A stretch of 64,000 bases of DNA, from contig NC_043006.1 of the NCBI RefSeq assembly GCF_006345805.1, positions 5,766,001 to 5,830,000 of the forward strand. Reading direction: 5' to 3'. The stretch is from Octopus sinensis. Lineage: Eukaryota. The first letter of the stretch is position 1. Each line of letters opens with the position of its first letter. This document shows positions 1-11,589 of this stretch, piece by piece. The translations under genes and the position numbers were made by a program. The notes below the pieces were generated by a model. That model did no database searches. It saw only the letters and a program-made list of their open reading frames with translations, and was not told the DNA's origin.

Positions 1-106
1 TTTTGATTTCAATTTTATATGAATTGTAAATTGAAGTTGAAGATTTACTCACTATAGCTAAATTTATTAAATCATTATTTCATGATTGTTGTTGATATAT
101 TGGAAC

Positions 107-142
<36 letters not shown>

Positions 143-209
143 TGACTGCTTATCTTTAAATGATACAAAATATCACAGTTTCTTTGACTAAATTTCCTCT
201 ATCTTCCAG

Positions 210-414
210 ATATAAATGTATTTGCTCAGCAACCTGGCCCAACTATAATGGTGCAGTGAAACAAGGGGTTAAGGAAATCGTTACAGAACATAATTTCAGT
301 CCAGAAGTGGAATATGGCAAAACAAAGATTTTTATACGTTCACCCAAAATACTTTTCTATTTAGAGGAATCAAGAGAGAAAGTTATACCGTCTCTGGTCC
401 TCATTCTTCAGAAG
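210..414 (+). CDS. MYO1D: Class I myosin exon: end of motor/converter domain (YKCICSATWP...EYGKTKIFIRSP...LILQK)
   Basis: ttccag acceptor, AAG|gtaaat donor; GKTKIFIRSP myosin motif; phase 2 to 0. Upstream exons lie outside the window. Confidence 0.93.
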
Positions 415-590
415 GTAAATCATTATTAATCTCTCCCTAACAATGTTTTCTGTTTTCCAAGATACTTTTACAGAGTGATGCAGTTTTATTCTCTTACATT
501 TGAAACATTATCACTGCAACAATGATATCAGATTATAGAATGGTTTGGCGTCAGCCTGTATTATTATTCCTTCATAACTATTATTATTTC

Positions 591-858
591 ATGTAAAGTA
601 TAGAAGCCATCTTAACATGGCTAACCACATAGGGGGAGAAGGTGTTACTGTAGCTTTATAGCCCCAGAAGATCGTCGTCTCCAGCTGGCCTTAGACACCA
701 TTTCAGTGCCCTTGAAATGCTTCTGCAAATACTTCAAGGGCACTGAAATGGTGTCTAAAGCCAGCTGGAGACAACGATCTCCTGGGGCTATAAAGCAACA
801 GTAACACCCCCTCCCCCTATGTGGTTAGCCATGTTAAGATGGCTTCTATACTTTACAT
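591..858. repeat. 268-bp near-perfect palindrome (fold-back/MITE-like element)
   Basis: Arms 591-716 and 733-858 are reverse complements with 6 mismatches and no indels; 16-nt loop. Confidence 0.92.
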
Positions 859-974
859 TATCGAGCGATTACTGTTTCAATCTCATTCTGAGATTTAATA
901 ATGCCTATTATTATTTCTGTATATCATTATTATTATTACTGTATAACAGTAATAATATCAAACTGTATATGTAA

Positions 975-1305
975 CATCATCATCATCATCATTGTTTAAC
1001 ATCCGCTTTCCATGCTAGCATGGGTTGGACGATTTGACTGAGGTCTGGCGAATCAGACTCCAATCTGATCTGGCAGAGTTTCTACAGCTGGATGCCCTTC
1101 CTAACGCCAACCACTCTGAGAGTGTAGTGGGTGCTTTTATGTGCCACCGGCATGAGGGCCAGTTAGGTGGTACTGGCAACGACCTCGCTCAAATGGTCCT
1201 TTTTACGTGCCACCTGCACAGGAGCCAGTCCAGCGGCACTCGCAACGACCTCGCTCGAATGTTTTTTTTACACGTGCCACCAGCACAAGTGCCAGTAAGG
1301 TGCCA
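975..1305 (-). mobile_element. RTE-LINE 3' end fragment (family B)
   Basis: (CAT)n tail followed by gtttaacatccgctttccatgctagcatgggttgg...ggatgcccttcctaacgccaaccac. Confidence 0.8.
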
Positions 1306-1578
1306 ACTGTAAAACAGCAATGATATCAGATTGTACAATAACTCAGTCAAGCAACATGGCAATGTGAGTTCTTGTAACAGTATCCTAGTCAAACTAGGAG
1401 AAATGTTTGTAAGAATTAGACTTAGAGAAGCAATTGGTCAGTTTATGTGAGGTATGTATTTTATCTTGGTCCAGTAGACCAGCAAAATGTTCTGCTTATT
1501 TCAAGTTAGTTCTGTCCATTTGCCACTCAGCTATGCATTTTCCAGACTGATTTGTTCTATTGACAGGTATATTGTGGG

Positions 1579-1907
1579 AATAATATAATATATAATGAAA
1601 TTATTGTATACAGTGCTCAGGTGCACCACAACTTGTCAGAAATGTGTATAAAGCATATGCAGTAATGTACAAATGTCTGGAAAGCGAACAGTGTATGAGT
1701 CAGATACATGCTTGCTTGTGTGTATGGAGGGGAGAAAATCAGGTGTAGTGTTGGCGAATGTCAGGAAGCATGGAAGTTTTGAAGGATGCCGTGCTCCGTA
1801 AGTAACAACTGATGCCGGCAGTTTGTTCCATACTTCAGAAACTCTTAGCATGAAAAAATGTTTCCAAAACTCATGGGAGCTGTGCTGTTTTCTGACTTTG
1901 TAAACAT
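1579..1907 (-). mobile_element. CR1-clade LINE 3' end, copy 1
   Basis: Minus strand encodes FFMLRVSEVWNKLPASVV (CR1 ORF2 C-terminus); (TAA)n-type tail. Confidence 0.75.
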
Positions 1908-2191
1908 ATAATAATAATAATAATGAAATTATTGTATAAAGTGCTCAGGTGCACCACAACTTGTCAAAAGTGCGTATAAAGCATATGCAGTAATGTACAA
2001 ATGTCTGGAAAGTGAACAGTGTATGAGTCAGATACATGCTTGCGTGTGTATGGAGGGGAGAAAATCAGGTGTAGTGTTGGCAAATCTCAGGAAGCATGGA
2101 AGTTTTGAAGGATGCAGTGCTCTGACAACTAACAACTGATGCCGGCAGTTTGTTCCATGCTTCAGCAACTCTTAGCGCGAAAAAATATTTT
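1908..2191 (-). mobile_element. CR1-clade LINE 3' end, copy 2 (tandem, shorter)
   Basis: Direct repeat of 1590-1860 with scattered substitutions and its own (TAA)n tail. Confidence 0.75.
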
Positions 2192-2650
2192 AAATGTTTT
2201 GGTTTGCTCATGTTAGTGTTAGTGTGGTGTCACTACCGCAGCTCTGGTATAAACTAATTTAAAACTGAATGACCAATCAGACATGGAGTTTGATCTCATT
2301 GATTTAAACTTTCTTCTCACCTTTGTTCCTTAAACACAAACAAATGAAGCCATTTGTAATTCTTAGGGTCCAGTCTATGTCCATCTACAGGAATTGATCT
2401 CCTCACTTGCATCCAATATTGTGGACGATAGCCAAAGACTGAATTATATTCTCTGTCCTAGATAGGTTCAACAAATTAGTAAGACACTAAGCATGATTCT
2501 TCAAATAATTATTTTGGGTCATGTTTTCTGTTATGCTTTGACCAATTTGGGATTTTAAACTCAAGAAATTCGCTGATGATTGAATTCCGATCTCATTTTT
2601 GTTGTGGTAAATGCGATCAGTGTGTTTATAATGCAATCTTTTCTATTTAG

Positions 2651-2772
2651 ATGTGGCGTGGTACTTTAGCCCGTAGATATGTGAATCGGCTACGAGCTGT
2701 GTATGCAATCAGAAATGCTTATAGGAAATACCGTATTCACCGTTTCTTCAATGAAATGCAGCATTTGTTCAG
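2651..2772 (+). CDS. MYO1D: Myosin I exon: IQ motifs (MWRGTLARRYVNRLRAVYAIRNAYRKYRIHRFFNEMQHLFR)
   Basis: tttag acceptor, AG|gtaagc donor; LQK+MWRGTLAR resembles MYO1D LQKVWRGTLAR; phase 0 to 2. Confidence 0.93.
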
Positions 2773-3563
2773 GTAAGCCATTTCAATATCATATGAATAT
2801 ATTTGTAAATATAAGTTTTCTTTTTTAAATGATTGAAGTCACTATCTTAATTATATTTTTACAGAGATCTGAGGGTTAGTTTACCAATGCATATTTATGT
2901 TTTTAAGCCATATGTTATTTGGAGGAAATTTGACTTGTGCTACTTCTAGCAAGCAAAGCAACCATATGTAGGCTTCTTCATTCTTTGTTGCTGCTTAAGA
3001 AAAACATTTTCAGTAACAATACTCCTCCTTCAAGTACCTACAATTAAGATGCGTCTCAATGCAGGACCCAGAATCTCTGTCTCTCTTAGCTTTGGTTGAT
3101 CTTAAGTTTCATGCTGTCCCCACCAATAATATCAATGTAGTTGAATGGTTTTCATCCTTTATTAAGATGTGGGAGTCTCCCAATAGAACATCTGATATGG
3201 CCTAAGGTTCAGCAAAGCCTATCCTAGGTGATGCACAGAACTTGTTGGCATCCCTTGAGAATACTGCAGCCAAAGTTAGTCCGTCATTCAATGCAAAGTG
3301 GCACTGAGTATATAGCCAAGAGTAAAAACGAAGGTCACTAGTCAATAGGTTCCCAGTGGCACATGACCTAAGGGAGTCAGTGAGATAAAGAACTTTGGGT
3401 TCTATGTTCTAATTTTGAGTCCTTATTCTGAATTTCATGTTACATTTACTTTTTTTTATAACTATCTTGTTAAATTTTATCAAGTTTTAATTTTTTTAAT
3501 ATGTCCATCTTTTGGAATTTTATGTTAGTATTAAATATATTAAAATTAATTTCTATTTTCAAG

Positions 3564-3665
3564 GAATGTAAAAAAGAGAAAGAATTATGGAAAGAATCTA
3601 ACTTGGCCGAACTATCCTGTTGTCATAAAAGACTTTATGCCTATTTTAACATTGGCTTATCATCG
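3564..3665 (+). CDS. MYO1D: Myosin I exon (NVKKRKNYGKNLTWPNYPVVIKDFMPILTLAYHR)
   Basis: ttttcaag acceptor, CG|gtaag donor; YGKxxxWP motif of MYO1D neck/tail junction; 102 nt, phase 2 to 2. Confidence 0.9.
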
Positions 3666-3935
3666 GTAAGGAATATTTCTAGAATTATATTTTCACTTCC
3701 AATTATAGGTCAAATTGTTATTGCAGGCAATACGATTCAATACTTATGTAGTTAAAATGAAAAAATACAAACCTTTACGTTTGCCATTGTTGTTCTCATG
3801 GGCAGGGGAAATAACTCCGCATTCCAATGTTTATGTGACTGACAACGGGTTCCACTCTTCCTGGCTTACTGCTTAACAGTAGGAATAACACCCAGTTTTA
3901 AAGCTGTTTTGACAAAAACAAGCCCCAAACTATTT

Positions 3936-4150
3936 ACTCTTTACTCTTTTACTTGTTTCAGTCATTTGACTGTGGCCATGCTGGAGCACCACCTTTAGTC
4001 GAGCAAATCGACCCCAGGACTTATTCTATGTAAGCCTAGTACTTATTCTATCGGTCTCTTTTGCCGAACCGCTAAGTTACGGGGTCGTAAACACACCAGC
4101 ATCGATTGTCAAGCAATGTTGTGGGGACAAACACAGACACATAAGCATAT

Positions 4151-4220
<70 letters not shown>

Positions 4221-4271
4221 GATGGGCTTCTTTCAGTTTCCGTCTACCAAATCCACTCACAAGGCTTTGGT
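3936..4271 (-). mobile_element. SINE family A, 5'-truncated
   Basis: (TACTCTTT)n tail and internal (CA)n(TA)n; reverse complement of 15091-15500. Confidence 0.85.
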
Positions 4272-4675
4272 ATAAAAATCTACTGCCAACCCACCCACTT
4301 CAAATCTTGCAAAGAAAATGAATATTAACAATGTATAAAACACAGAAACTATGGAAACACATGTAAAAAAAAAACTTTTTAGGGAGTTAAAATGATATCA
4401 TCAATGAAGCTGATATTTTTAAGAAAATTGACAAATAAGATTAGATTTAAACAACTTAGTCGTAGAATAAACATAGAACGTATAGACATGCACGAAATGA
4501 ATATAAGTGATAAACTGAGATTAATTCTGTTACAAATATGGATTATCTAAAAAACATATTTTCTAATGTTAGAACCTGATAATGCATAATTTGCTAACTT
4601 TAGAAAAGCCATCCAATTCAACATGATGAATATAGATGAAACAGTGAAGTATACATATACATATAAAGCTGAAGT

Positions 4676-4712
<37 letters not shown>

Positions 4713-5152
4713 CAGGTTTGGTAGCCTTCAACTAACACAATCTCCTCCAAGACCTTGCAGCGCAAGTTGACCAAAATTGAGTGTATGTTAGAAGAAGGCT
4801 TGCTCTTCATTCCGTAGAAGAGAATATTCAAATCAGACCATTGTTAACACCAAAAATTATTTACATCAAAAAGGTGCTTTTTTTTCTATGAAAATCCCTT
4901 TTTTATACGATTTTTTGACTGCTGTCTCACCATTTTTTGGTGTATTTCAACCAGAAAAATGTTCACTTAAAGAGAATAACAAGCTACATAATGCCAAATT
5001 TTTACTTTTCAAAAAAGATTGAAACTATGTTAAACTTTGTTAACATAACATCAAAACCTGCCGTTTTAAGCGCAAATAAAATATCACAATTTCAGTATTT
5101 ATTTCAAAGTTACCTGTTCAATTCACATAACTAAGTTATTCTTTTTTCATAG

Positions 5153-5297
5153 ATGGTGGGCATGGATGAAGATAGAAACCATACCCAAGGATGAACGGAC
5201 AATGTTTCACATGAAAATACTGACAGCAGAAATGTTGAAAGGGCAACGGCCAGAATGGGGTTTAAAACGAAAATGGGAAGGCAACTATCTCCTTCAG
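5153..5297 (+). CDS. MYO1D: Myosin I exon: start of TH1 (WWAWMKIETIPKDERTMFHMKILTAEMLKGQRPEWGLKRKWEGNYLLQ)
   Basis: ttttcatag acceptor, CAG|gtgaga donor; EMLKGQR and WEGNYL as in MYO1D; phase 2 to 0. Confidence 0.94.
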
Positions 5298-5467
5298 GTG
5301 AGATAAATTAACAATTTCAATTCTCTTGATTGTTTTATGAGAAAGTATGAGACCGATGTGTTGCCTTAATGCCTTGTTTTTACATTTCAATATTTCCTTG
5401 AGATTTACAACTCAATGTCAGTCTCTTATACTGCTTATATACTGCTTGGTTTATTTATTTATATATT

Positions 5468-5936
5468 ATCAATGGAAATAGTAGTTGTGATACCTGTGCC
5501 GGTGGCACATAAAAAGCACCATCTGAACGTGGCCGTTGCCAGCGCCGCCTCAAATGGCTTCTGTGCCGGTGGCACATAAAAAGCACCATCCGAACGTGGC
5601 CGATGCCAGCGCCGCCTCGACTGGCTTCTGTGCCGGTGACACATAAAAAGCACCATCTGAACGTGGCCGATGCCAGCGCCGCCTTGACTGGCTTCCGTGC
5701 CAGTGGCACGTTAAAAGCACCAACCGATCGTGGCCAATGGCACCTGTGCAGGTGGCACGTAAAAAGCACCCACTACACTTGCGGAGTGGTTGGCGTTAGG
5801 AAGGGCATCCAGCTGTAGAAACACTGCTAGATCAGACTGGAGCCTGGTGCAGCCCCTGGCTTCCCAGACCCCGGTCGAACCGTCCAGCCCGTGCTAGCGC
5901 GGAAAACGGACGTTAAACGATGATGATGATGATGAT
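5468..5936 (+). mobile_element. RTE-LINE 3' end (family B) with ~4 tandem ~60-bp units
   Basis: Repeated gtgccggtggcacataaaaagcaccatc units, then aggaagggcatccagc and a (GAT)n tail. Confidence 0.85.
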
Positions 5937-5953
5937 TTTCACATTGTTCAGTG

Positions 5954-6568
5954 AGATCCACTTATGCGTACCTTTTCCTTCTTTGGACACTAAACTCTGC
6001 TTGCGAAGACCTGTTGAGGCAAGTGAAATCAAAATCAAATTCGATGACTGGCATCCGTGCTAGCAGGGTGCAAAGAGCACCATACAAGTGTGATCGTTGA
6101 CAGAGTGGCTAACTGGCTTCCATGCTGGTGGCACATAAAAGGCACCATTCAAGTGTGATCGTTACCAGCGTCACCTTACTGGCACTTGTGCCCGTGCTAG
6201 TAGGGTGCTAAGAGCACCTTCCGAACGTGATCGTTGCCAGAGCGGCTAACTGGCTTCTGTGCTGGTGGCATGTAAGAGGCACCATTCGAGCGTGATCGTT
6301 ACCAGAATCACCTTACTGGCACCTGTGCCAGTGGCATGCGTAAAAAGATTCGAGTGAGGTTGTTGCCAGTACTGCCTGACTGGCCCTTGTGCCGGTAGCA
6401 TGTAAAAAGCACCCACTACACTCTGAGTTGTTGACGTTAGGAAGGGCATCCAGCTGTAGAAACTCTGCCAGATCAAGACTGGAGCCTGGTGCAGCCCTCT
6501 GGTTCGCCAGCCCTCAGTCAAATCGTCCAACCCATGGAAAGCGAATGTTAAATGATGATGATGATGAT
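5954..6568 (+). mobile_element. RTE-LINE 3' end (family B, longer subfamily)
   Basis: gtgatcgttgccag-type units, shared 3' tail, (GAT)n. Confidence 0.8.
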
Positions 6569-6901
6569 TCAGTCATATATGTGAGTTTTGGTAGCAACTT
6601 TTCATATGAAAAGTCATCAGGTAATGAAAAAGCAAAAACAAACTGAATTAGGCACCAGAAGTGAGAAAGGAACGAGGCAAGAGTAAGAGAGGTTTTGTGA
6701 AAGCTTGACTTGAAAGTTAAATTAGAAGTTGGCCTTAAATATTAAAAGGATTACATTGAGGAGAAAGGATTATCCCAGGTTGATGTAAACTAGGAAGTTG
6801 TGAAATTTATGCAATGGAAAAATAAATTTAATTTGGAATCAAAACACAGGTGCAGGAGTGGTTGTATAATAAAATGTTTCTTCTTGGAAACTCAAAGAAG
6901 C

Positions 6902-6952
<51 letters not shown>

Positions 6953-7018
6953 TAGAGAAACTGAAGAGATGTCTAGTTCACACTAGATATGAAACCAATG
7001 ATTTGTCTAAACTATTTA

Positions 7019-7272
7019 TCATCATCATCATCATCATCATTGTTTAGCGTCCGCTTTCCATGCTAGCATGGGTTGGACGGTTCGACCGGGGATCTGTGAA
7101 GCCAGGAGGCTGCATCAGGCCCAGTCTGATCTGGCAGTGTTTCTACGGCTGGATGCCCTTCCTAACGCCAACCACTCCGTGAGTGTAGTGGGTGCTTTTT
7201 ACGTGCCACCCGCACAGGTGCCAGACGGAGCTGGCAAACGGCCACAGACGGATGGTGCTTTTTACGTGCCAC
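7019..7272 (-). mobile_element. RTE-LINE 3' end (family B)
   Basis: (CAT)n plus conserved tail; inverted relative to the copies at 5468 and 5954. Confidence 0.85.
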
Positions 7273-7366
7273 TATGTTACACATACAAAAATAAACAGCT
7301 GCTCTATATTTTATAGGGTATGCTCTTCTGATTTATGATATTGTAATGAATATATATATATATATA

Positions 7367-8466
7367 CAACAAAGTTATTTTATTTCACACGGGTAGAAAT
7401 ATAAAGAAAATAGAAGTTGAAAATCCACCGAGAATAGTTAAAATATTTATCTACAGGTTTAACCAGTTTCACAGTTTACACTGATTTTCAAACACTTGGC
7501 TTAAGTCGCAGCTGTTTTGCTTCTGACTAGTATTTGAAGCTTGCCCTATTTTCATAGGAAGTTCATGGCTCAAATTAGTATACGTTTTGAATAGGGTTTG
7601 ATTGGTAGAAGACAGTCACATGACAGGTCTTAGAAATTTTTGTAGGTTCCCCACTACATCCGTGTGTTAGTATCAAGTAACAATGTTTAGTGTGGTAAGT
7701 CAAGGCTGACACGGTTGACTGAACGAGTCTAGTGGTAGTACTAAATGATCAACGACCTGAATGTTTTGTCAAGTGTTTGTAGAGAATGAACATGTGATTA
7801 AGTTTTAGAACCTTCCGTATGTTTTCCACTACATACATGCGTTAGCGTCACGTAGCCGTATAATTTGCACCTAAAATGCAAGCCGACACAGTTGAGTGAA
7901 CATGTTTAGTTACAATCAAAGCACTCCAAATTTAATCTGTCTGGTGGAAGAGGGGACAGGAGTCGTTTGTATGTAGTCCAGTGGCTAAAGTTTAGGTTGT
8001 TTTAAATACAGATAGGAATCGTTTGACTGTTGCTGTAGGAGTTGTGGAAGGTAATTTAGCACTTGTGAGGAATTTTTCAGAGACTTTGATTGTCTTTCAC
8101 TTTTGATTATTTTGCGTATTTCATATGCTTGTTTCATTCTTGGGTCTTGTCTTAGTAGTGAAATATTCTGGTGGATAATATTGTAAACCTCTGTATTTTT
8201 TGAGTTGTGAGTTGTAATAAAGAGCAGATCATTGGATGTATCTGGAGCGTGGTTTTTTGTAGTTCTTGGATATTTATTGTTTGGGCATTTCTATTCCGTT
8301 GTCTGTTAGCTTTAATGGATATTGTCTTTTAAGTAGTATTTGTTTTAGTTCTTAAAACAACCTAAACTTTAGCCACTGGACTGCATACAAACGACTCCTG
8401 TCCACTCTGCCACCAGACAGATTAAGTTTGGAGTGCCTTGATTGTAACTAAACATGTTCACTCAAC
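7367..8466 (-). mobile_element. Penelope-like retroelement relic with 115-bp inverted repeat
   Basis: 8006-8350 minus strand reads LKRQYP...LFITTHNSKN..IIHQNISLLRQDPRM...RQSKSL, like the PLE RT-to-GIY-YIG linker; IR at 7891-8005/8352-8466; decayed hammerhead at 7457-7495. Confidence 0.65.
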
Positions 8467-8497
8467 CGTATTGACCTCTATTCAGTTTGATCAAACC

Positions 8498-10305
8498 AGC
8501 ATGCTAGAAGGCTGCACCAGACTCCAATCTGATTTGGCATGGTTTTCTATGACTGGATGCCCTTCCTAATGCCAACCACTCTGAGAGTGTAGTGGGTCTG
8601 TTATGTTCTGCTGGCATGGGTTCCATTTGCATGACATTGGGGTGCTTTTATGCGCCACTGTCACAGGTGCCAATTTGCATGACACCAGTATCTTCTATGA
8701 TTACAATTTTGCTCGGCTTCATGGGTCTTCTTCTCAAGCATGACATAATGCCAAAGGTCTTGGTCATTGCCTCTGTGAGGCCCAACGCTCAAAAGGAACC
8801 ATTTTGTTTTAATAAAGAGTAGAAGCCCAATGCTTGAAAGGTGTTCTTTACGTGCCACCAGCACCAATGCACTTGGCTTGATGGATTCTCTCAAGCACAG
8901 CACATCACCAAAGGTCTCGGTCACCAGTCATTGCCTCTACGAGGCTCAAAGTTCAAAGATCATGCTTCACCACCTTGTCCTATGTCTTCCTGGGTCAACC
9001 TCTACCACATGTTCCTTCCACAGTTAGAGATCGGCACTTCTTTACACAGTTGCCCTCGTCCATACACATCACATGACCATATCAACACAGTCGTCTCTCT
9101 TGCACACTACATCTGAGGCCTCTTATTCCTAACTTTTCCCTCAAGATGCTTACACTCTGTCAAACATGCACACTGACATTACACATCCAGCAAAGTATAC
9201 TGGCTTCGTTTCTTTCAAGCTTACACATATCGTCAGCTGTAACAGCCCATGTTTCATTGCCATGCAGCATAGCTGCTTGCACAGAGGCATCAAACAATCT
9301 GCCTTTCACTCTGAGAGAGAGGCCCTTTGTTGCCATCCGGGCTAGGAGCTCCCTGAACTTTGCCTGGCCTAATCTTATTTTCACAGCTACGCTCTCAGAG
9401 CATCCACCTCCACTACTAACTTGGTCACTTACATAACAGAAGCTATCTACTACCTCTAGCTCTCCCCACTGGCAGTTGATGGAGTCTATTTTTGGCTCAT
9501 TTTCAGCGTTTATTGTACCTGTGCATCTTCCACATACAAAAGCTAGTTTCCCTGTTAACCTTCCTCTGATATTGCTGCACCTTTTATGTGTCCAAAGCTT
9601 ACACTGGGTGCATTTTATGGAGTTTCTACCTAGGCCTTTTCTACAGATCAAGCAAGGATATCTACATGAAGGGATTTGTGATTTGTCTGCCTTTCTACTT
9701 ACCAAGACTTTGATTTTACTAGGTTAACTCTAAGGCCCATTGATTCTAGGGCTTGCTTCCATACCTGGAACTCCTTCTCTAGTTCAGGTAGTGATTCAGC
9801 TATAAAAGCAAGGTGCTCAACATAGAGGACCTCCCAGGGGCAGCCTGTCTTGAATTCTTCTGTTATTGCCTGAAGGACTATGATGAACAAAAGGGGACTG
9901 AGTACTAATACTTGGTGGACCCTTACTTCTCTGAATATTTTGTTGTACTCATTGTCAACCCTCACCTTACTGGTAGCATCCCTGTACATCACCAACCACT
10001 CGTCTATCCCTAGTTTCCACATTGACCACAAGATAAGGTATAGGGAAGCCTGTCAATGGCCTTCTCCAAGCGAACAAAGTCCAATGTATTTCTTCTGTTA
10101 CTGCCTCACTAGAAATATAGCATCAATGATGCTTCTTCCTGGGCTGGGAGCTTTTCCTGTCTTCATACCCTTAATTACTTTATCTGCCATAGAACTGTCG
10201 ATTCAGGTAGCCAGTCCCTCAGTTTGGTCAACATGTGGCAGACTCTCCTCTTCCCACACATTTTCTACATTCAGCAGTCTTTCATAAAGGCATTTCCAAG
10301 CCTTT
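8498..10305 (-). mobile_element. Degenerate 5'-truncated RTE-clade LINE (RT, PHD-like Cys/His finger, 3' UTR)
   Basis: DAIFLVRQ, VHQVLVLSPLLFIIVL, LYVEHL (decayed YADD), EVVDSFCY, MLHGNETW; stops and frameshifts; 3' UTR matches the family B tail. Confidence 0.88.
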
Positions 10306-10315
10306 TTCATATATG

Positions 10316-10356
<41 letters not shown>

Positions 10357-10741
10357 ATAATACAGTGATTGTTTCTTGTCAGGAACAAAAAGATTAATAG
10401 GACTGCTATAGAAGTGCTCTATTGGAAGAGACAAATATATCAAACTAAAGTTATTGAACAAACAAAGGCAAGGTCATCCGCATAGCATTTCATAATTCGA
10501 ACATTTAATCATAGAATATACATATAAACATCCCACAAGATGGAACGTAATTCATCTGTACAAGCATATAAGCATATAAGAAGGTGCGAGAAAGTTCATC
10601 ACGGTTTAGAGTTAATACTTTAGCGATTCATAAAAATACATTTTTTTAAAAAACATTACAACACCTAGAAAGTAAAAATATAATATAAAGTAATATATAA
10701 AAATATATAGGTATATAAAAATATATAAAATATATATATAT

Positions 10742-11382
10742 ATCATCATCATCATCGTTTAACGTCCGCTTTCCATGCTAGCATGGGTTGGACGGTTCAA
10801 CTGGGGTCTGGCAAGCCCGAAGGCTGCACCAGGCCAGTCAGATCTGGCAGTGTTTCTACAGCTGGATGCCCTTCCTAACGCCAACCACTCCGAGAGTGTA
10901 GTGGGTGATTTTATGTGCCACCGACACAGGTGCCAGACGAGGCTGGCAGACGGCCACGCTTGGATGGTGTTTTTTATGTGCCACCGACACAGGTGCCAGA
11001 CGAGGCTGGCGACGGCTACGCTCGGATGGTGTTTTTATGTGCCACCGACACAGGTGCCAGACGAGGCTGGCGACGGCTACGCTCGGATGGTGTTTTTATG
11101 TGCCACCGACACAGGTGCCAGACGAGGCTGGCAGACGGCCACGCTTGGATGGTGTTTTTTATGTGCCACCGACACAGGTGCCAGACGAGGCTGGCGAATG
11201 GCCACGATCAGATGGTGTTTGTTACGTGCCCACAGCACGGAGGCCAGTCGATGCGGTACTGGCTACGGTCCCGTTCGGATGGTTTTCTTATGTGCCACCA
11301 GCACTGGTACCACAAGGATACAAATTCCATTGATGTTCATCTATTTTGATTGGTTTGGTTTGATTTGATTTGATTTGATTTG
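10742..11382 (-). mobile_element. RTE-LINE 3' end (family B) with six 61-66-bp minisatellite units and (GATTT)n
   Basis: Unit starts at 10915, 10978, 11039, 11100, 11163, 11226, 11292. Confidence 0.88.
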
Positions 11383-11489
11383 AGTATATATATAAAGTTA
11401 ATCCAAACAAGAAAGCACAAAAAAAACACAACGCGAGGACATGGAACAAATATAGTATTATTGGACGCTCAGGAAAGAAGGAAAGGAGG

Positions 11490-11524
11490 GTTTAACGTTT
11501 CGAGCGGAGCTCTTCGTCAGAAAC
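11490..11524 (-). ncRNA. Minimal type I hammerhead ribozyme motif
   Basis: Minus: GTTT-CTGACGA-A-GAGC-TCC-GCTC-GAAAC-GT-T-AAAC; stem I GTTT/AAAC, stem II GAGC/GCTC, palindromic ACGT stem III. Confidence 0.75.
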
Positions 11525-11589
11525 ATAGAAGGAAAGATCCAGAGAAGGGAAGACAGAGGAAAAAAATCGCTAATGGTACACATGCAGTC

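Noticed and set aside
2865-2874. Possible 10-nt microexon (tttttacag|AGATCTGAGG|gttagt)
   Set aside because: It would shift the frame; exons 2651-2772 and 3564-3665 already join in phase with no gap relative to MYO1D
10775-11368. Overlapping 140-200-aa ORFs, and a CRISPR-like look of the tandem units
   Set aside because: They are minisatellite units in a LINE 3' UTR; there are no unique spacers or cas genes and the DNA is eukaryotic
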